Notes: generated from the letters alone by a model not told the origin. Counted from the stretch's first letter, positions 1 through 8,795 are shown. The stretch: 29,323 nt of DNA from a virus (IMGVR_UViG_3300045980_000043:1-29323), one strand, 5' to 3'. Program-made: numbers and translations.

Positions 1-7
1 GGCATTC

Positions 8-337
8 ATGGCGCGTAGATCCAAGGGTGCCAGACGCCGCGCGGCGTTCGTGCGGCTGCTCGACCTCGCGAGTACCGCGAGGGACTACGTGGTGCTCGGC
101 TTCCCCGAGCCCACTGCTGATGACGAGATTCGGCGCAGTTCGGAGGAGTGGACGGCGATCTTCGGCATCCGTATCGCAGACGCGGACGGCTGGGATCGCA
201 GCAACTTCGCCGCGTCTTGGGCTGAGCCGATCACGCTCGACGAGTACAAGCGCCGCGTCCGGATGTCGACGCACGACATGGAGAGCTACCGCGAGGCGTT
301 CGGCGCGGATGACGAGAACCGGAGGGAGGAGTCATGA
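8..337 (+). CDS. hypothetical phage protein (start may lie upstream or differ)
   Basis: 109-aa ORF; stop overlaps next ATG (ATGA); ends in the junction motif. Confidence 0.6.
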   Translation: MARRSKGARRRAAFVRLLDLASTARDYVVLGFPEPTADDEIRRSSEEWTAIFGIRIADADGWDRSNFAASWAEPITLDEYKRRVRMSTHDMESYREAFGADDENRREES

Positions 338-690
338 AGTACCCCGCATTGATGCATTCCGATGGTGATTCCTGTGCCGTCCTCCCGGGTCACGGGCTCG
401 CTCCCGAGGTTCTCGACGCGGCCGAGCGCACCGTGCTCGGTGAGCCTCTCGACGGATATCACCGCGTGGTCGAGGAGGACTGGATGGAGTGGGTGCCGCG
501 CGTGAAGTGGTGCTCTCGTCATCCGCTCGGCAGCGGATGGGGGTGCGACAGCGAGGGCTGGTGGCACGGGCACTGGTTCGCTGTGCGCGAGAACGCTCAC
601 GAGCACACGCGCTTCACGATCATCCGACACGACGAGGACGAAGCCCAGGCAGATGACGAGTTTCGGGGAAGAGAGGAGCAGGACCAATGA
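334..690 (+). CDS. hypothetical phage protein (W/H/C-rich)
   Basis: GGAGG RBS, ATGA overlaps at both ends. Confidence 0.65.
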   Translation: MKYPALMHSDGDSCAVLPGHGLAPEVLDAAERTVLGEPLDGYHRVVEEDWMEWVPRVKWCSRHPLGSGWGCDSEGWWHGHWFAVRENAHEHTRFTIIRHDEDEAQADDEFRGREEQDQ

Positions 691-1127
691 GCGATGTAGA
701 GCAGGCGGAGGAGGCTCTGCGGGCGTGGGATGCCGCGCACCAGGTCGGCCCGACGGATCCGGGGTTGCAGTCGATGCGGTTCCACGAGTCGCAGGCGCAG
801 CGGAACAAGAAGCTCAAGAGCTACCTGAACCAGCTCGGCCGGGAGTCCCGGGAGCGTGACCGCCTGGTGGAGAATGTCGCGAAGGCGAAACGAGCCGAGC
901 GGGCCGCGCTGATCCCTGCCGAGCCAGTGGACCCATCCACACTGAAGGGCGCGTCGGCGGTCATGGTCGTCACGCGAGGCCACGCCGAGTGGTGCCGCGT
1001 CATCCGCGTCAACAAGACCACCGTCACGTGCTGGGCGCCGCCCGGATTCGACCAGCCGCGGCACCCGCATAGCCGCATCTACGCGGTGCGCCACGCGGAT
1101 GTCGAGATTCGGAGACACGACGCATGA
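687..1127 (+). CDS. hypothetical phage protein, possible SH3-like C-terminal domain
   Basis: GAGGAG RBS, ATGA coupling; WCRVIRVNKTTVT beta motif. Confidence 0.65.
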   Translation: MSDVEQAEEALRAWDAAHQVGPTDPGLQSMRFHESQAQRNKKLKSYLNQLGRESRERDRLVENVAKAKRAERAALIPAEPVDPSTLKGASAVMVVTRGHAEWCRVIRVNKTTVTCWAPPGFDQPRHPHSRIYAVRHADVEIRRHDA

Positions 1128-1261
1128 CCGTGAACATCAGCGTTGTCGAGTGCAACGAGTTCGAGCGGTACGTCCTCGCAGGCGTGCCCGTCGAGAAGGC
1201 GCGCGAGTACGCGCGCCAGGACGTCATAGAGCACGAGAACCGGAGGGACGACGATGCCTGA
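1124..1261 (+). CDS. small hypothetical protein, 45 aa (MTVNISVVECNEFERYVLAG...; not in ORF track)
   Basis: Translated by hand; fills the gap exactly, overlapping both neighbours. Confidence 0.6.
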   Translation: MTVNISVVECNEFERYVLAGVPVEKAREYARQDVIEHENRRDDDA

Positions 1262-1520
1262 GCAGGCGATGACGGAGCGGATCAAGGAGCTGGGCGTCTA
1301 CGCGGGCGCGACGCATCCGGTCGCAGTGATTCGGGACGTGTTCGCTGTCGCGGCCACCCTGGTCCGGACGGATGAGTACTGCTGGTGCCAAGCCCTGCCC
1401 TGTGCGTGCGCCGGCAGGCTCATCGCGGATCTGGCGGAGTGCCTGGAGGTGCGCTATCCCGATCTCGCGGCGGCACGCGCCGCGGCAGAAGACGAGAACC
1501 CGAGGGAAGACGATGCCTGA
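1254..1520 (+). CDS. hypothetical protein with CxC...CxC cysteines
   Basis: GGAGG RBS, 8-bp overlaps with neighbours. Confidence 0.6.
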   Translation: MPEQAMTERIKELGVYAGATHPVAVIRDVFAVAATLVRTDEYCWCQALPCACAGRLIADLAECLEVRYPDLAAARAAAEDENPREDDA

Positions 1521-1869
1521 GCAGAACGACGTCATCACGACGGAGGCGGAGGCGAACGCGCTCCCGTGGGGAACGATCATTCGCGACAACATGGGTAGCG
1601 CTCGAAAGAAGGTGAGCGACCGCGGGTGGGAGTGCTCGGGCGTCTCCGGGCAGTGGGGGCCGACGTGGGTCGCGTTCCCGGCGACGGTGCTCTACGTCGG
1701 CCCCACGCACGAGGCGCATGTCGAGAACGGGGACGGTCCGACGGCTGACCTCCGTGGGGCAATCGAGCGAGCGCTCTACGTGCTCGCCGACGAGACATTC
1801 GATTACGGGGTGTCCGAGGCGGAGCGCATCCTCCGCGCGGCCCTGGCAGATACCGAGAGGAGCCGATGA
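1513..1869 (+). CDS. hypothetical phage protein (MPEQNDVITTEAEANALPWGTIIRD...)
   Basis: Internal ATG of track ORF 1372..1869, preceded by GAGGGA in the junction repeat. Confidence 0.65.
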   Translation: MPEQNDVITTEAEANALPWGTIIRDNMGSARKKVSDRGWECSGVSGQWGPTWVAFPATVLYVGPTHEAHVENGDGPTADLRGAIERALYVLADETFDYGVSEAERILRAALADTERSR

Positions 1870-2030
1870 TGGTCGTGAAGTTGGACCTGAGCAAGAGCGT
1901 GTGGGTACGAATCCGGGATCACCTCGTGCCGACGGTCGGCGCACGGAAGGCGGGCATGCTCGCGACGGTGCTGCTGCCGTATGTGCTCGCCGAGCGGATC
2001 GCCGCGAAGCAGGAGGGGCGGGGGAGCTGA
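1866..2030 (+). CDS. small hypothetical protein, 54 aa (MMVVKLDLSKSVWVRIRDHL...; not in ORF track)
   Basis: GAGGAG RBS, ATGA overlap; translated by hand. Confidence 0.55.
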   Translation: MMVVKLDLSKSVWVRIRDHLVPTVGARKAGMLATVLLPYVLAERIAAKQEGRGS

Positions 2031-2050
2031 CGCCCCGGCAGGCGAAACCT

Positions 2051-2080
2051 TTCAAACCCTTCCGGGGGATCTGATAGGCT
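2051..2080 (+). promoter_or_regulatory. putative late promoter TTCAAA-N18-TAGGCT
   Basis: Sigma-A-like hexamers in a locally AT-richer intergenic stretch upstream of the morphogenesis operon. Confidence 0.4.
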
Positions 2081-2103
2081 GAGCCTCGCGTAACAATTGT
2101 GAC

Positions 2104-2144
2104 CAGAAGCCTCGCCCGATCCGGGCGGGGCTTCTGTCGTTCTC
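2104..2144 (+). terminator. intrinsic terminator-like hairpin
   Basis: CAGAAGCCTCGCCCG-ATC-CGGGCGGGGCTTCTG followed by TCGTTCTC. Confidence 0.6.
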
Positions 2145-2223
2145 GCCCTCTTCCCGGCCTGCCCTCGCCGAGACTCTCGCACGCGCGGGCCGAGCAGGCC
2201 GGGCCCTCACCGAAGGAGCCCTC

Positions 2224-2712
2224 ATGGATCATCGGATGATCGGATCGCCGCTCGACCTCGACCCGCCCTCGGAGGAGCACGTCGCGGTCCTGCGGGAGAA
2301 CAAAGCGTGGCGCGCGAAGAACGCCGACATCCTCGAAGTTCCCAGTCGCCGGGATGGGGTGGCGCATGTGATTGCGGGGGAGCGGCAGACCGGCAAGACG
2401 CACCTCGCGGAGAGGTGGCTGCGCGAGGCGCCGGAGGGCGTCACCCGCGTGCTGATCACGGCCTCTGGTGCGCACGCTGAGGAAGTCAAGGCGCGGATGG
2501 GGCTGCCGCACCGCAGTCGTCAGGTGCTCAGCTACCGCCAGCTACTCAACGACTTCGAGAAGCAGGGCCGACCCGATGACCCTGGTTCTGTGCAGTATGC
2601 CCTCGACGACGTCGACCACCTCCTCACCGAGCTTCTCGGCCTGCCGGCGCTCCCGCACCTCGTGACCGTGTGCGCCGCGGAGCCTTGGCAGGTCACCGAG
2701 CGCGACAGCTGA
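2224..2712 (+). CDS. small P-loop NTPase-like protein
   Basis: AAGGAG RBS; Walker A-like GERQTGKT; Walker B-like YALDDVD. Confidence 0.6.
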   Translation: MDHRMIGSPLDLDPPSEEHVAVLRENKAWRAKNADILEVPSRRDGVAHVIAGERQTGKTHLAERWLREAPEGVTRVLITASGAHAEEVKARMGLPHRSRQVLSYRQLLNDFEKQGRPDDPGSVQYALDDVDHLLTELLGLPALPHLVTVCAAEPWQVTERDS

Positions 2713-2737
2713 GGCGGCCGGCGACAAGGAGATCCGC

Positions 2738-3091
2738 ATGAACAAGTACACGGCGCGGGGCCTCGCGCTCTCGGCTGTTCTCGATGAGAACCATGTGGTC
2801 GTGGTCGCTGCGAGTGCGGCTGGTGTGGCGCAGGCGTTCAGGGAGATGCAGGCGGTGGCGTCGTACCTCAACATCGATGTCTCACGCGTCCGCGCCGCCT
2901 ACGGGATGGAAGCGATCGAGTTCTCTGGCGGCGCGCGGATCCGGTTCGTGCAGCGCGCGCAGTCGGGCGCCCTCAGGGGTGGTGAGGATGTCGTGTACTT
3001 CGACTATGAGCCCTCGCCCGACGAGGTCGCGTCGGTGATCGGCGCGACGGCCCTTCGTGGCCTCCCGGCCGAGGTCGTCAGCCCGGTCTGA
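2738..3091 (+). CDS. hypothetical protein resembling the core of a terminase ATPase domain
   Basis: AAGGAG RBS; GMEAIEFSGGARIRFVQRAQSGALRGGEDVVYFD aligns by eye with TerL GKEAIILRDRSMIKFRTRTAGGGRGLTGDCVIID. Confidence 0.55.
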   Translation: MNKYTARGLALSAVLDENHVVVVAASAAGVAQAFREMQAVASYLNIDVSRVRAAYGMEAIEFSGGARIRFVQRAQSGALRGGEDVVYFDYEPSPDEVASVIGATALRGLPAEVVSPV

Positions 3092-3109
3092 TCGGGCGCC
3101 GGTTCGGCC

Positions 3110-3245
3110 GGCTGGGATCCTCTCTCCCCGTTTCGCTCGAAAAAATTAGCGATCTCGACGGCTTCCAGACCCCAGCCCCAACTCTTTTTTTCTCCCCCGG
3201 TCTGGATTTTCCCCCCGTCAGCGGCTCCCCGCGCCCCCTAGGTCG
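3110..3245. other. non-coding pyrimidine/A-tract region, candidate packaging (cos/pac) site
   Basis: A6 and T-run tracts, TTTCG-CT-CGAAA inverted repeat and TCTCCCC motifs directly upstream of HNH-TerS-TerL. Confidence 0.3.
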
Positions 3246-3333
3246 CCCTAACGCGTTGTGGCCGGGCATGCGGGTCATCTAGCGCTTCGTGCGCTCTATG
3301 GGGCGCGTGGGGCCGCTCACGATGGGAGGGGAT

Positions 3334-3600
3334 ATGGCTGATCCCGCCTACGGTGCCGACCATCAGCGTCGCCGCGCCGAGTTGCTCCCTCTGGCGTATA
3401 ACACCCCCTGCCCGCGGTGCGGGCGGATCATGCTCGAAACCGACGAGCTCGACCTCGGCCACTCCGTTGACAAGGCCATCGACTCGCACGCGCTCGGCGA
3501 CCGCATCGAGCATGCCGACTGCAACCGCTCCGCCGGCGGTGAGCTCGGCGCGAAGCTCCGCAGCCGCAAGGAGCGGTTCCGACCTTCAAGGACCTGGTGA
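3334..3600 (+). CDS. HNH endonuclease (packaging-associated)
   Basis: CPRCG...DLGH...EHADCNRSAG motif; GGGAGG RBS; adjacent to terminase. Confidence 0.8.
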   Translation: MADPAYGADHQRRRAELLPLAYNTPCPRCGRIMLETDELDLGHSVDKAIDSHALGDRIEHADCNRSAGGELGAKLRSRKERFRPSRTW

Positions 3601-4058
3601 GCATGTTCGACCCCGATAAGGCCGCGCTCATCCTCGACGCCGTCGCGCTCGGGATGGAGCCCGACCGCGCCGCGATCGCCCACGGCATCACCGCCGACGA
3701 GCACGCCCGATGGATCGCCCTGGGTTCGCCCGATGTCGATGGCTCCACCGCGCTCGATACGCACGAGGCCGCGATCGTCGCCGAGTACCTCCGAGGACTC
3801 GACCGCGCGATTGCGATTGCCGAGCTCTCCGCGCTGCAGCAGGTCCGAAGCGGCGGGCCCGCCGCGGAAGGCAACAAGTGGTTCCTCGAACGCCGGTTCC
3901 CCGACAAGTGGGCGAAGACGCCTGCGGCCGCGCGCGCCGAGCAGATCAAGACCGAGACCGCAGGCGAGGCCGCGGATCCGAACGTCGTGCCTGAGGACCG
4001 GATGGAGCGCCTGAGGCGCGAGCGTGAGGAGAAGCGACGTGCAGGAGGCACCGTCTAG
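3597..4058 (+). CDS. putative terminase small subunit
   Basis: Between HNH and TerL; N-terminal HTH-like segment; WFLERRFPDKW motif. Confidence 0.65.
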   Translation: MSMFDPDKAALILDAVALGMEPDRAAIAHGITADEHARWIALGSPDVDGSTALDTHEAAIVAEYLRGLDRAIAIAELSALQQVRSGGPAAEGNKWFLERRFPDKWAKTPAAARAEQIKTETAGEAADPNVVPEDRMERLRREREEKRRAGGTV

Positions 4059-5643
4059 CCGGCTCCTCGGCTCGCAGACTCCGACCCATCTCGTCGCCCC
4101 GCCTGACATCGATTACTCCGACATCGAGGCTGTCCTCGAACTCGCCGACATGGTCGGGATCGTCCTCGACCCCTACCAGCGAGAGTTTCTTGAGCTGGGT
4201 CTCGGGCGCCGTTACACCGACGACGGTGGATCGAAGTGGGCCGCCTACGAGGCCGCAATCGAGCTGTCGCGCCAGAACGGCAAGTCGGTCATCTTCGAGC
4301 TGCGCGCTCTCGCGGGCCTGTTCGTCTTCGGTGAGAGGCTCATCGTCTACTCCGCCCACAAGGGTGAGACCGCGATGGGCGCGTATGCGCGGATGGTCAG
4401 CCTCATCGAGGGCGCCCCCGAGCTCAAGCGCCTCGTGTGGAAGACGCCCGCGGCGAACGGCAAAGAGGCGATCATCCTCCGCGACAGGTCGATGATCAAG
4501 TTCCGCACCCGCACCGCCGGCGGCGGGCGCGGCCTCACCGGCGACTGCGTGATCATCGACGAGGTCCAGGACGCCACCGACGACCACATCGCGGCACTGT
4601 TCCCCTCGCTGGCGGCGAAGTCGATCGAGGGCGACCCGCAGATCTGGTACGGCGGATCCGCCGGCACGCGCAAGTCGACAGTGCTCGGCCGCCTCGTGAA
4701 GCGCTCCGACAAGGAGCTCGCGCTGCGCGCGGCTGGGGAGCCGCCCCGCGAGCGGCGTCTGCTCGTGGCGCGCTTCGCCGCCGACCTCGATGTCGACGAC
4801 CCCGCGGATCCGGAGGTCATCGCCCGCGTCAACCCCGCTCTCGGCCGTCGCATCTCCCTCGACTACGTGATGCAGGAATACATCGCGATGGGCGCCGACC
4901 TCGACCCCACCCGCTTCGGGCAAGAGCGCCTCGGTGTCGGCGACTACCCGCGCGAGGAGGGCGAGGACTGGGCCATCCCCCGCCGCCGCTGGGAAGCGGC
5001 GGAAGACCCCGACTCGAAGCCCGTGGGACCGGTGGTGTTCTCCGTCGAGGCGCGCTGGAATCGCTCGTCGGCATCGATCACCGTCGCCGGGTTCCGCGCC
5101 GACGGCGCGCGGCACATCGAGTGCATCGCCGAGGAGGACGGCGTCTCGTGGGCCGTCCGCGAGCTGCGGCGCCTCACCGAGAAGCACGACAACCTCGGCG
5201 TGGTCATCGACCCCGGCGGCCCGGCGAACTCCCTGATTGGGCCGCTGCGCGATGCCGGCGTGACGCTCATCCTCCTGAAGACCGCCGACGTCACCGCGGC
5301 GTGGGGGAAGTTCTACGACGCCTTCATGACCGCCGAAGACGATGCGCGCCCGGAGATCTTCCACGGCGGCGGCCTCGTGCTCACCGCGGCGGCCGCCGCC
5401 GCTGAGACACGCGACGTGCAGGGCTCGATGACGTGGAAGCGGACCACCGCGGAGAACTCGTGCTCGATCATCTCCGCGACCTGGGCCAACCACGGTCTCG
5501 ACATCGCCAAGAAGAACGAGCAGGCCGCCGTTTCCCGCCAGTCCAATCGTGCGGCTCCCGAGCGGGGCCCGGGACAGCAGCCCCGCCGCTTCCGTCCGCG
5601 TGGGTCCTCCGGTGGGTTCGACCCGCGCACGTCTCGCTTCTGA
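4039..5643 (+). CDS. terL: terminase large subunit (start 4039 or 4024)
   Basis: Walker A SRQNGKS, Walker B VIIDE, GRG motif, NPALG and F.QERLG motifs, C-terminal RNaseH-like domain. Confidence 0.92.
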   Translation: MQEAPSSRLLGSQTPTHLVAPPDIDYSDIEAVLELADMVGIVLDPYQREFLELGLGRRYTDDGGSKWAAYEAAIELSRQNGKSVIFELRALAGLFVFGERLIVYSAHKGETAMGAYARMVSLIEGAPELKRLVWKTPAANGKEAIILRDRSMIKFRTRTAGGGRGLTGDCVIIDEVQDATDDHIAALFPSLAAKSIEGDPQIWYGGSAGTRKSTVLGRLVKRSDKELALRAAGEPPRERRLLVARFAADLDVDDPADPEVIARVNPALGRRISLDYVMQEYIAMGADLDPTRFGQERLGVGDYPREEGEDWAIPRRRWEAAEDPDSKPVGPVVFSVEARWNRSSASITVAGFRADGARHIECIAEEDGVSWAVRELRRLTEKHDNLGVVIDPGGPANSLIGPLRDAGVTLILLKTADVTAAWGKFYDAFMTAEDDARPEIFHGGGLVLTAAAAAAETRDVQGSMTWKRTTAENSCSIISATWANHGLDIAKKNEQAAVSRQSNRAAPERGPGQQPRRFRPRGSSGGFDPRTSRF

Positions 5644-5662
5644 TCCCGCGAAAGGGGGCTTC

Positions 5663-7153
5663 ATGACCAGTCCCCGTGTTCGACACACCGTGCGCCGCGC
5701 CCCGCGCGCGAAGACGTTCGTGCATTCCTCGGCGTCGACGCGCGAGCGCGGATACGCGGTCCAGAGCGCGAGCGGGTGGTGGGCCGACCTCGCCGGCGAG
5801 CAGACGCCGGAGCTGCGGTGGCCGGAGTCGGTGAACGTGTTCGACGACATGGTCCGTCAGGACGCGCAGGCCTCGAGCGTGCTCTCCGCGATCGCCACGC
5901 CGATCATGCGCACCCCGTGGCGCGTGGACGGCACCGGCTGCCGTGATGAGGTCACCGAGCAGATCGCCGCCGACCTGGGCCTGCCCATCGCCGGTGAGGC
6001 GAAGCGGGTGCCGGCCGCACGCACCCGCGGCCGGTTCTCGTGGACCGAGCATCTCAGCGTCGTCGTGCCCGAGCACCTGCAGTTCGGGCACTCGGTCTTC
6101 GAGCAGCTGTACTGGGCGCCGCGCCCCGTCAGCGACGGCGGCGACGGCATGTACCACCTCCGCAAGCTCGGACACCGCCCGCCCCGCACCATCGCAGGGT
6201 GGGACGTCGCCCCCGACGGCGGACTGCGCGGCATCTGGCAGCACGGCGGTTTCGGGTTCACCACGGCCACCGGATCGTTCCGCGCGTTCGCGCCCGCCGT
6301 GCTGTCCGTCGACCGGCTCGTCGTCTACACCAACCGCCGCAAGGGCGGCAACTGGGTCGGCGAGAGCGTGCTCCGCCCCGCCTACAAGAACGTCATGCTC
6401 AAGGATCGGTTCCTGCGCGTGGACGCCATGGTCGTCGAACGCAACGGACTCGGCATCCCCACCCACACCGCCGCCGACAACACCGAAGCCGCGCTCGACG
6501 CGGGCCTCGACATCGTCGAGCGCGTGCAGGCCGGCGACAACTCCGGCGTCTCGCTCTCGAAGGACGCGAAGTTCGAGCTCACCGGCGTGACCGGCACGCT
6601 CCCGAACATCCTCGAAAAGGTCAAGTACCACGACGAGCAGATCAGCCGCAGCGTGCTCGCGCACTTCCTCAACCTCGGTCAGCAGACCGGATCATGGGCG
6701 CTCGGCACGACCTTCGCGGACTTCTTCACCCTGTCGATCCAGGCCATCGCCGAGCAGATCCGAGAGACCGCCACCCGGCACATCATCGAGGACATCGTCG
6801 ACATCAACTGGGGACCCGACGAACCGGCCCCCCGGCTCGTGTTCGACGAGATCGGATCCCGCCAGAGCTCCATCCTCTCCGCGATCGCCTCGCTGGTGTC
6901 CACCGGCGTGCTCCACCCCGACGAGGACCTCGAGAAGTTCGTCCGCTCCACCCTCGAACTCCCACCCGCCTCCGAAGACGCGCTTGCCGCGTCCTCGACG
7001 GGCACCGGGGAGGAATCGGGGGCGGGAGTGAATGACGCCCAGGCCGCTCGGAACGCCGCCGAGACGGTCCAGAAGGTCTACCTCGGTGTCGACAAGGTGA
7101 TCACGCGAGACGAAGCCCGCGCGATCGTCAACCGTGCCGGCGGCGCCCTGTGA
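5663..7153 (+). CDS. portal protein (DUF935/Mu gp29-like)
   Basis: Follows TerL; GESVLRPAYK, ERNGLGIP, YHDEQISRSVLA, GSWALG motifs. Confidence 0.88.
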   Translation: MTSPRVRHTVRRAPRAKTFVHSSASTRERGYAVQSASGWWADLAGEQTPELRWPESVNVFDDMVRQDAQASSVLSAIATPIMRTPWRVDGTGCRDEVTEQIAADLGLPIAGEAKRVPAARTRGRFSWTEHLSVVVPEHLQFGHSVFEQLYWAPRPVSDGGDGMYHLRKLGHRPPRTIAGWDVAPDGGLRGIWQHGGFGFTTATGSFRAFAPAVLSVDRLVVYTNRRKGGNWVGESVLRPAYKNVMLKDRFLRVDAMVVERNGLGIPTHTAADNTEAALDAGLDIVERVQAGDNSGVSLSKDAKFELTGVTGTLPNILEKVKYHDEQISRSVLAHFLNLGQQTGSWALGTTFADFFTLSIQAIAEQIRETATRHIIEDIVDINWGPDEPAPRLVFDEIGSRQSSILSAIASLVSTGVLHPDEDLEKFVRSTLELPPASEDALAASSTGTGEESGAGVNDAQAARNAAETVQKVYLGVDKVITRDEARAIVNRAGGAL

Positions 7154-7230
7154 CCCGCGCGTCGCCGTGACCATCGGCGCTCCCAACCCCACTCCCGGCC
7201 GACGCGGCCGCTGACCGTCCCGGAGGACAC

Positions 7231-8436
7231 ATGGCCAAGGAATCGAACCGCTACTGGGGTGATCGCACCCCGGCGAAGTCGAAGACGGAGTTCTTCGGCG
7301 CGGTCACGACGCCGAGCCCCTCGGGAGACGGCGACGTCGCAACCATCCGAATGTTCGGACCCATCGACAGCTGGGGCGGATGGTGGGGGATCTCCACCGC
7401 CGACATCAGCGAGGTGCTCGACGCGCTTCCCGACACCGTCACCCGCGTCATCCTGCGCATCAACAGCCCCGGCGGCGAGGTGTCCGAAGCCGTCGCGATC
7501 CTCAACATGCTGCGCGCCCACAAGGCCCGCATCACCGCGGTCGTCGACGGCCTCGCCGCCTCCGCGGCCAGCGTGATCGCCGCCGGCTGCGATGAGACGG
7601 TCATGTCGCCGGGCACGCAGATGATGATCCACTCGCCGTGGTCCATCGCGATGGGCAACGCCACCGACCTCCGCAAGGTCGCCGGCACTCTCGACAACTA
7701 CGAAGCCACCCTCGTCGAGATCTACTCGGCCAAGGCCGGCGACCAGCACGACTGGCCCGCCCTCCTCGCCGAAGAGACGTGGCTGACCTCGCAGGCCGCC
7801 GTCGAGCTCGGCCTCGCCGACCGCGTCGCGGTCATCCCCGACGCCGGCGAGACCGCCACCGCCGGCGAAGACAGCACCAACGAAGACACCGTCGAGGACT
7901 CCGCGCCCGTGCGCGTCACCTCGATCCTGACCCCGGCCGCGTCCGCGTCCGGAGAACCCACCAGAAAGGAGACGGCCGTGGCTTTCAGTGACGACCAGCT
8001 CAACAGCATGCGGGCCACCCTCGGCCTCGCCGACGACGCGGACGAGACGGCCATCCTGTCGGCCATCACCGCCCGCCAGCCCCACGCGCCCCTCCCGGAG
8101 GGAGTCGAGATGATCGACGCCTCCGCGCTCTCCGAACTGCGCACCCAGGCCGCCGCCGGTGTCGCCGCGCGCGAGCAGCAGATCACCGAGCAGCGCGAGC
8201 GGCTCATCGACGGCGCCATCTCGAAGGGAAAGTTCAAGGCATCCCGCCGCGACCACTTCCTCGCCCTCCACAAGGCAGACCCCGAAGGCACCACCGAGCT
8301 CATCGGCTCGCTCGCCGAGAACACCATCCCCGTCGCCGAAATCGGCTTCGACGCCGACGGCGAGACCGTCACCGCCACCGACGACGCCGCCTTCAACGCC
8401 ATCGCCGGCCACTTCGGCATCACGAACGGAGCCTGA
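7231..8436 (+). CDS. ClpP-like prohead protease fused to scaffold domain
   Basis: RINSPGG, DGLAASAAS (Ser), MMIHSPW (His), EETWL...A.ELGLAD; alanine-rich helical C-terminus. Confidence 0.9.
   Translation: MAKESNRYWGDRTPAKSKTEFFGAVTTPSPSGDGDVATIRMFGPIDSWGGWWGISTADISEVLDALPDTVTRVILRINSPGGEVSEAVAILNMLRAHKARITAVVDGLAASAASVIAAGCDETVMSPGTQMMIHSPWSIAMGNATDLRKVAGTLDNYEATLVEIYSAKAGDQHDWPALLAEETWLTSQAAVELGLADRVAVIPDAGETATAGEDSTNEDTVEDSAPVRVTSILTPAASASGEPTRKETAVAFSDDQLNSMRATLGLADDADETAILSAITARQPHAPLPEGVEMIDASALSELRTQAAAGVAAREQQITEQRERLIDGAISKGKFKASRRDHFLALHKADPEGTTELIGSLAENTIPVAEIGFDADGETVTATDDAAFNAIAGHFGITNGA
7978..8436 (+). CDS. putative nested scaffold protein from an internal in-frame start
   Basis: AGAAAGGAG RBS then in-frame GTG at 7978 after a low-complexity linker. 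Confidence 0.6.
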   Translation: MAFSDDQLNSMRATLGLADDADETAILSAITARQPHAPLPEGVEMIDASALSELRTQAAAGVAAREQQITEQRERLIDGAISKGKFKASRRDHFLALHKADPEGTTELIGSLAENTIPVAEIGFDADGETVTATDDAAFNAIAGHFGITNGA

Positions 8437-8438
8437 CC

Positions 8439-8795
8439 GTGAGCTACCTCCCCCTGTACCTCCCCGGCGACCGCGCCAACATCACCGCCGAGGCCCCTAT
8501 CGCCGCCGGCCAGCTCGTCACCGCGCTCGCCGCGCCCGCGGGCGCCGACGACGCCACCGTCGTCGGCGTCGCGTCGAAGGACGCGGCCGAAGGGGAGACC
8601 ATCGCGCTCTTCCACGGCGGCGTCCAGCGCCTCGTCGCGGCGGATCCGATCGCGCGCGGCGATCTCCTCAAGCCCGCCGACGACGGCGAGGTCACGGTCT
8701 ACGTGGCCGGCACCGACGCCCCCGAGCTCTTCATCGGCATCGCGCTCGCCGCGGCCGCTGAGGACGCCATCGTCCCCGCCAAGTTCCTCCGCTGA
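8439..8795 (+). CDS. head decoration/capsid cement protein (DUF2190-like)
   Basis: Between protease and capsid; AEAPIAAGQLV, VGVASKDAAEGE, IARGD motifs. Confidence 0.75.
   Translation: MSYLPLYLPGDRANITAEAPIAAGQLVTALAAPAGADDATVVGVASKDAAEGETIALFHGGVQRLVAADPIARGDLLKPADDGEVTVYVAGTDAPELFIGIALAAAAEDAIVPAKFLR

Larger units (their letters stand above)
311..1524 (+). repeat. dispersed gene-junction repeat, consensus ~(G/C)ACGAGAACC(G/C)GAGGGA-N-GA...ATG
   Basis: Copies at 311-337, 1232-1265 and 1491-1524 (last two 31/34 identical); degenerate copies near 655, 1101 and 1848. Confidence 0.75.

Noticed and set aside
311-1524. Junction repeats as a CRISPR array or integron attC sites
   Set aside because: Irregular gene-length spacing, not palindromic, and they overlap coding ends
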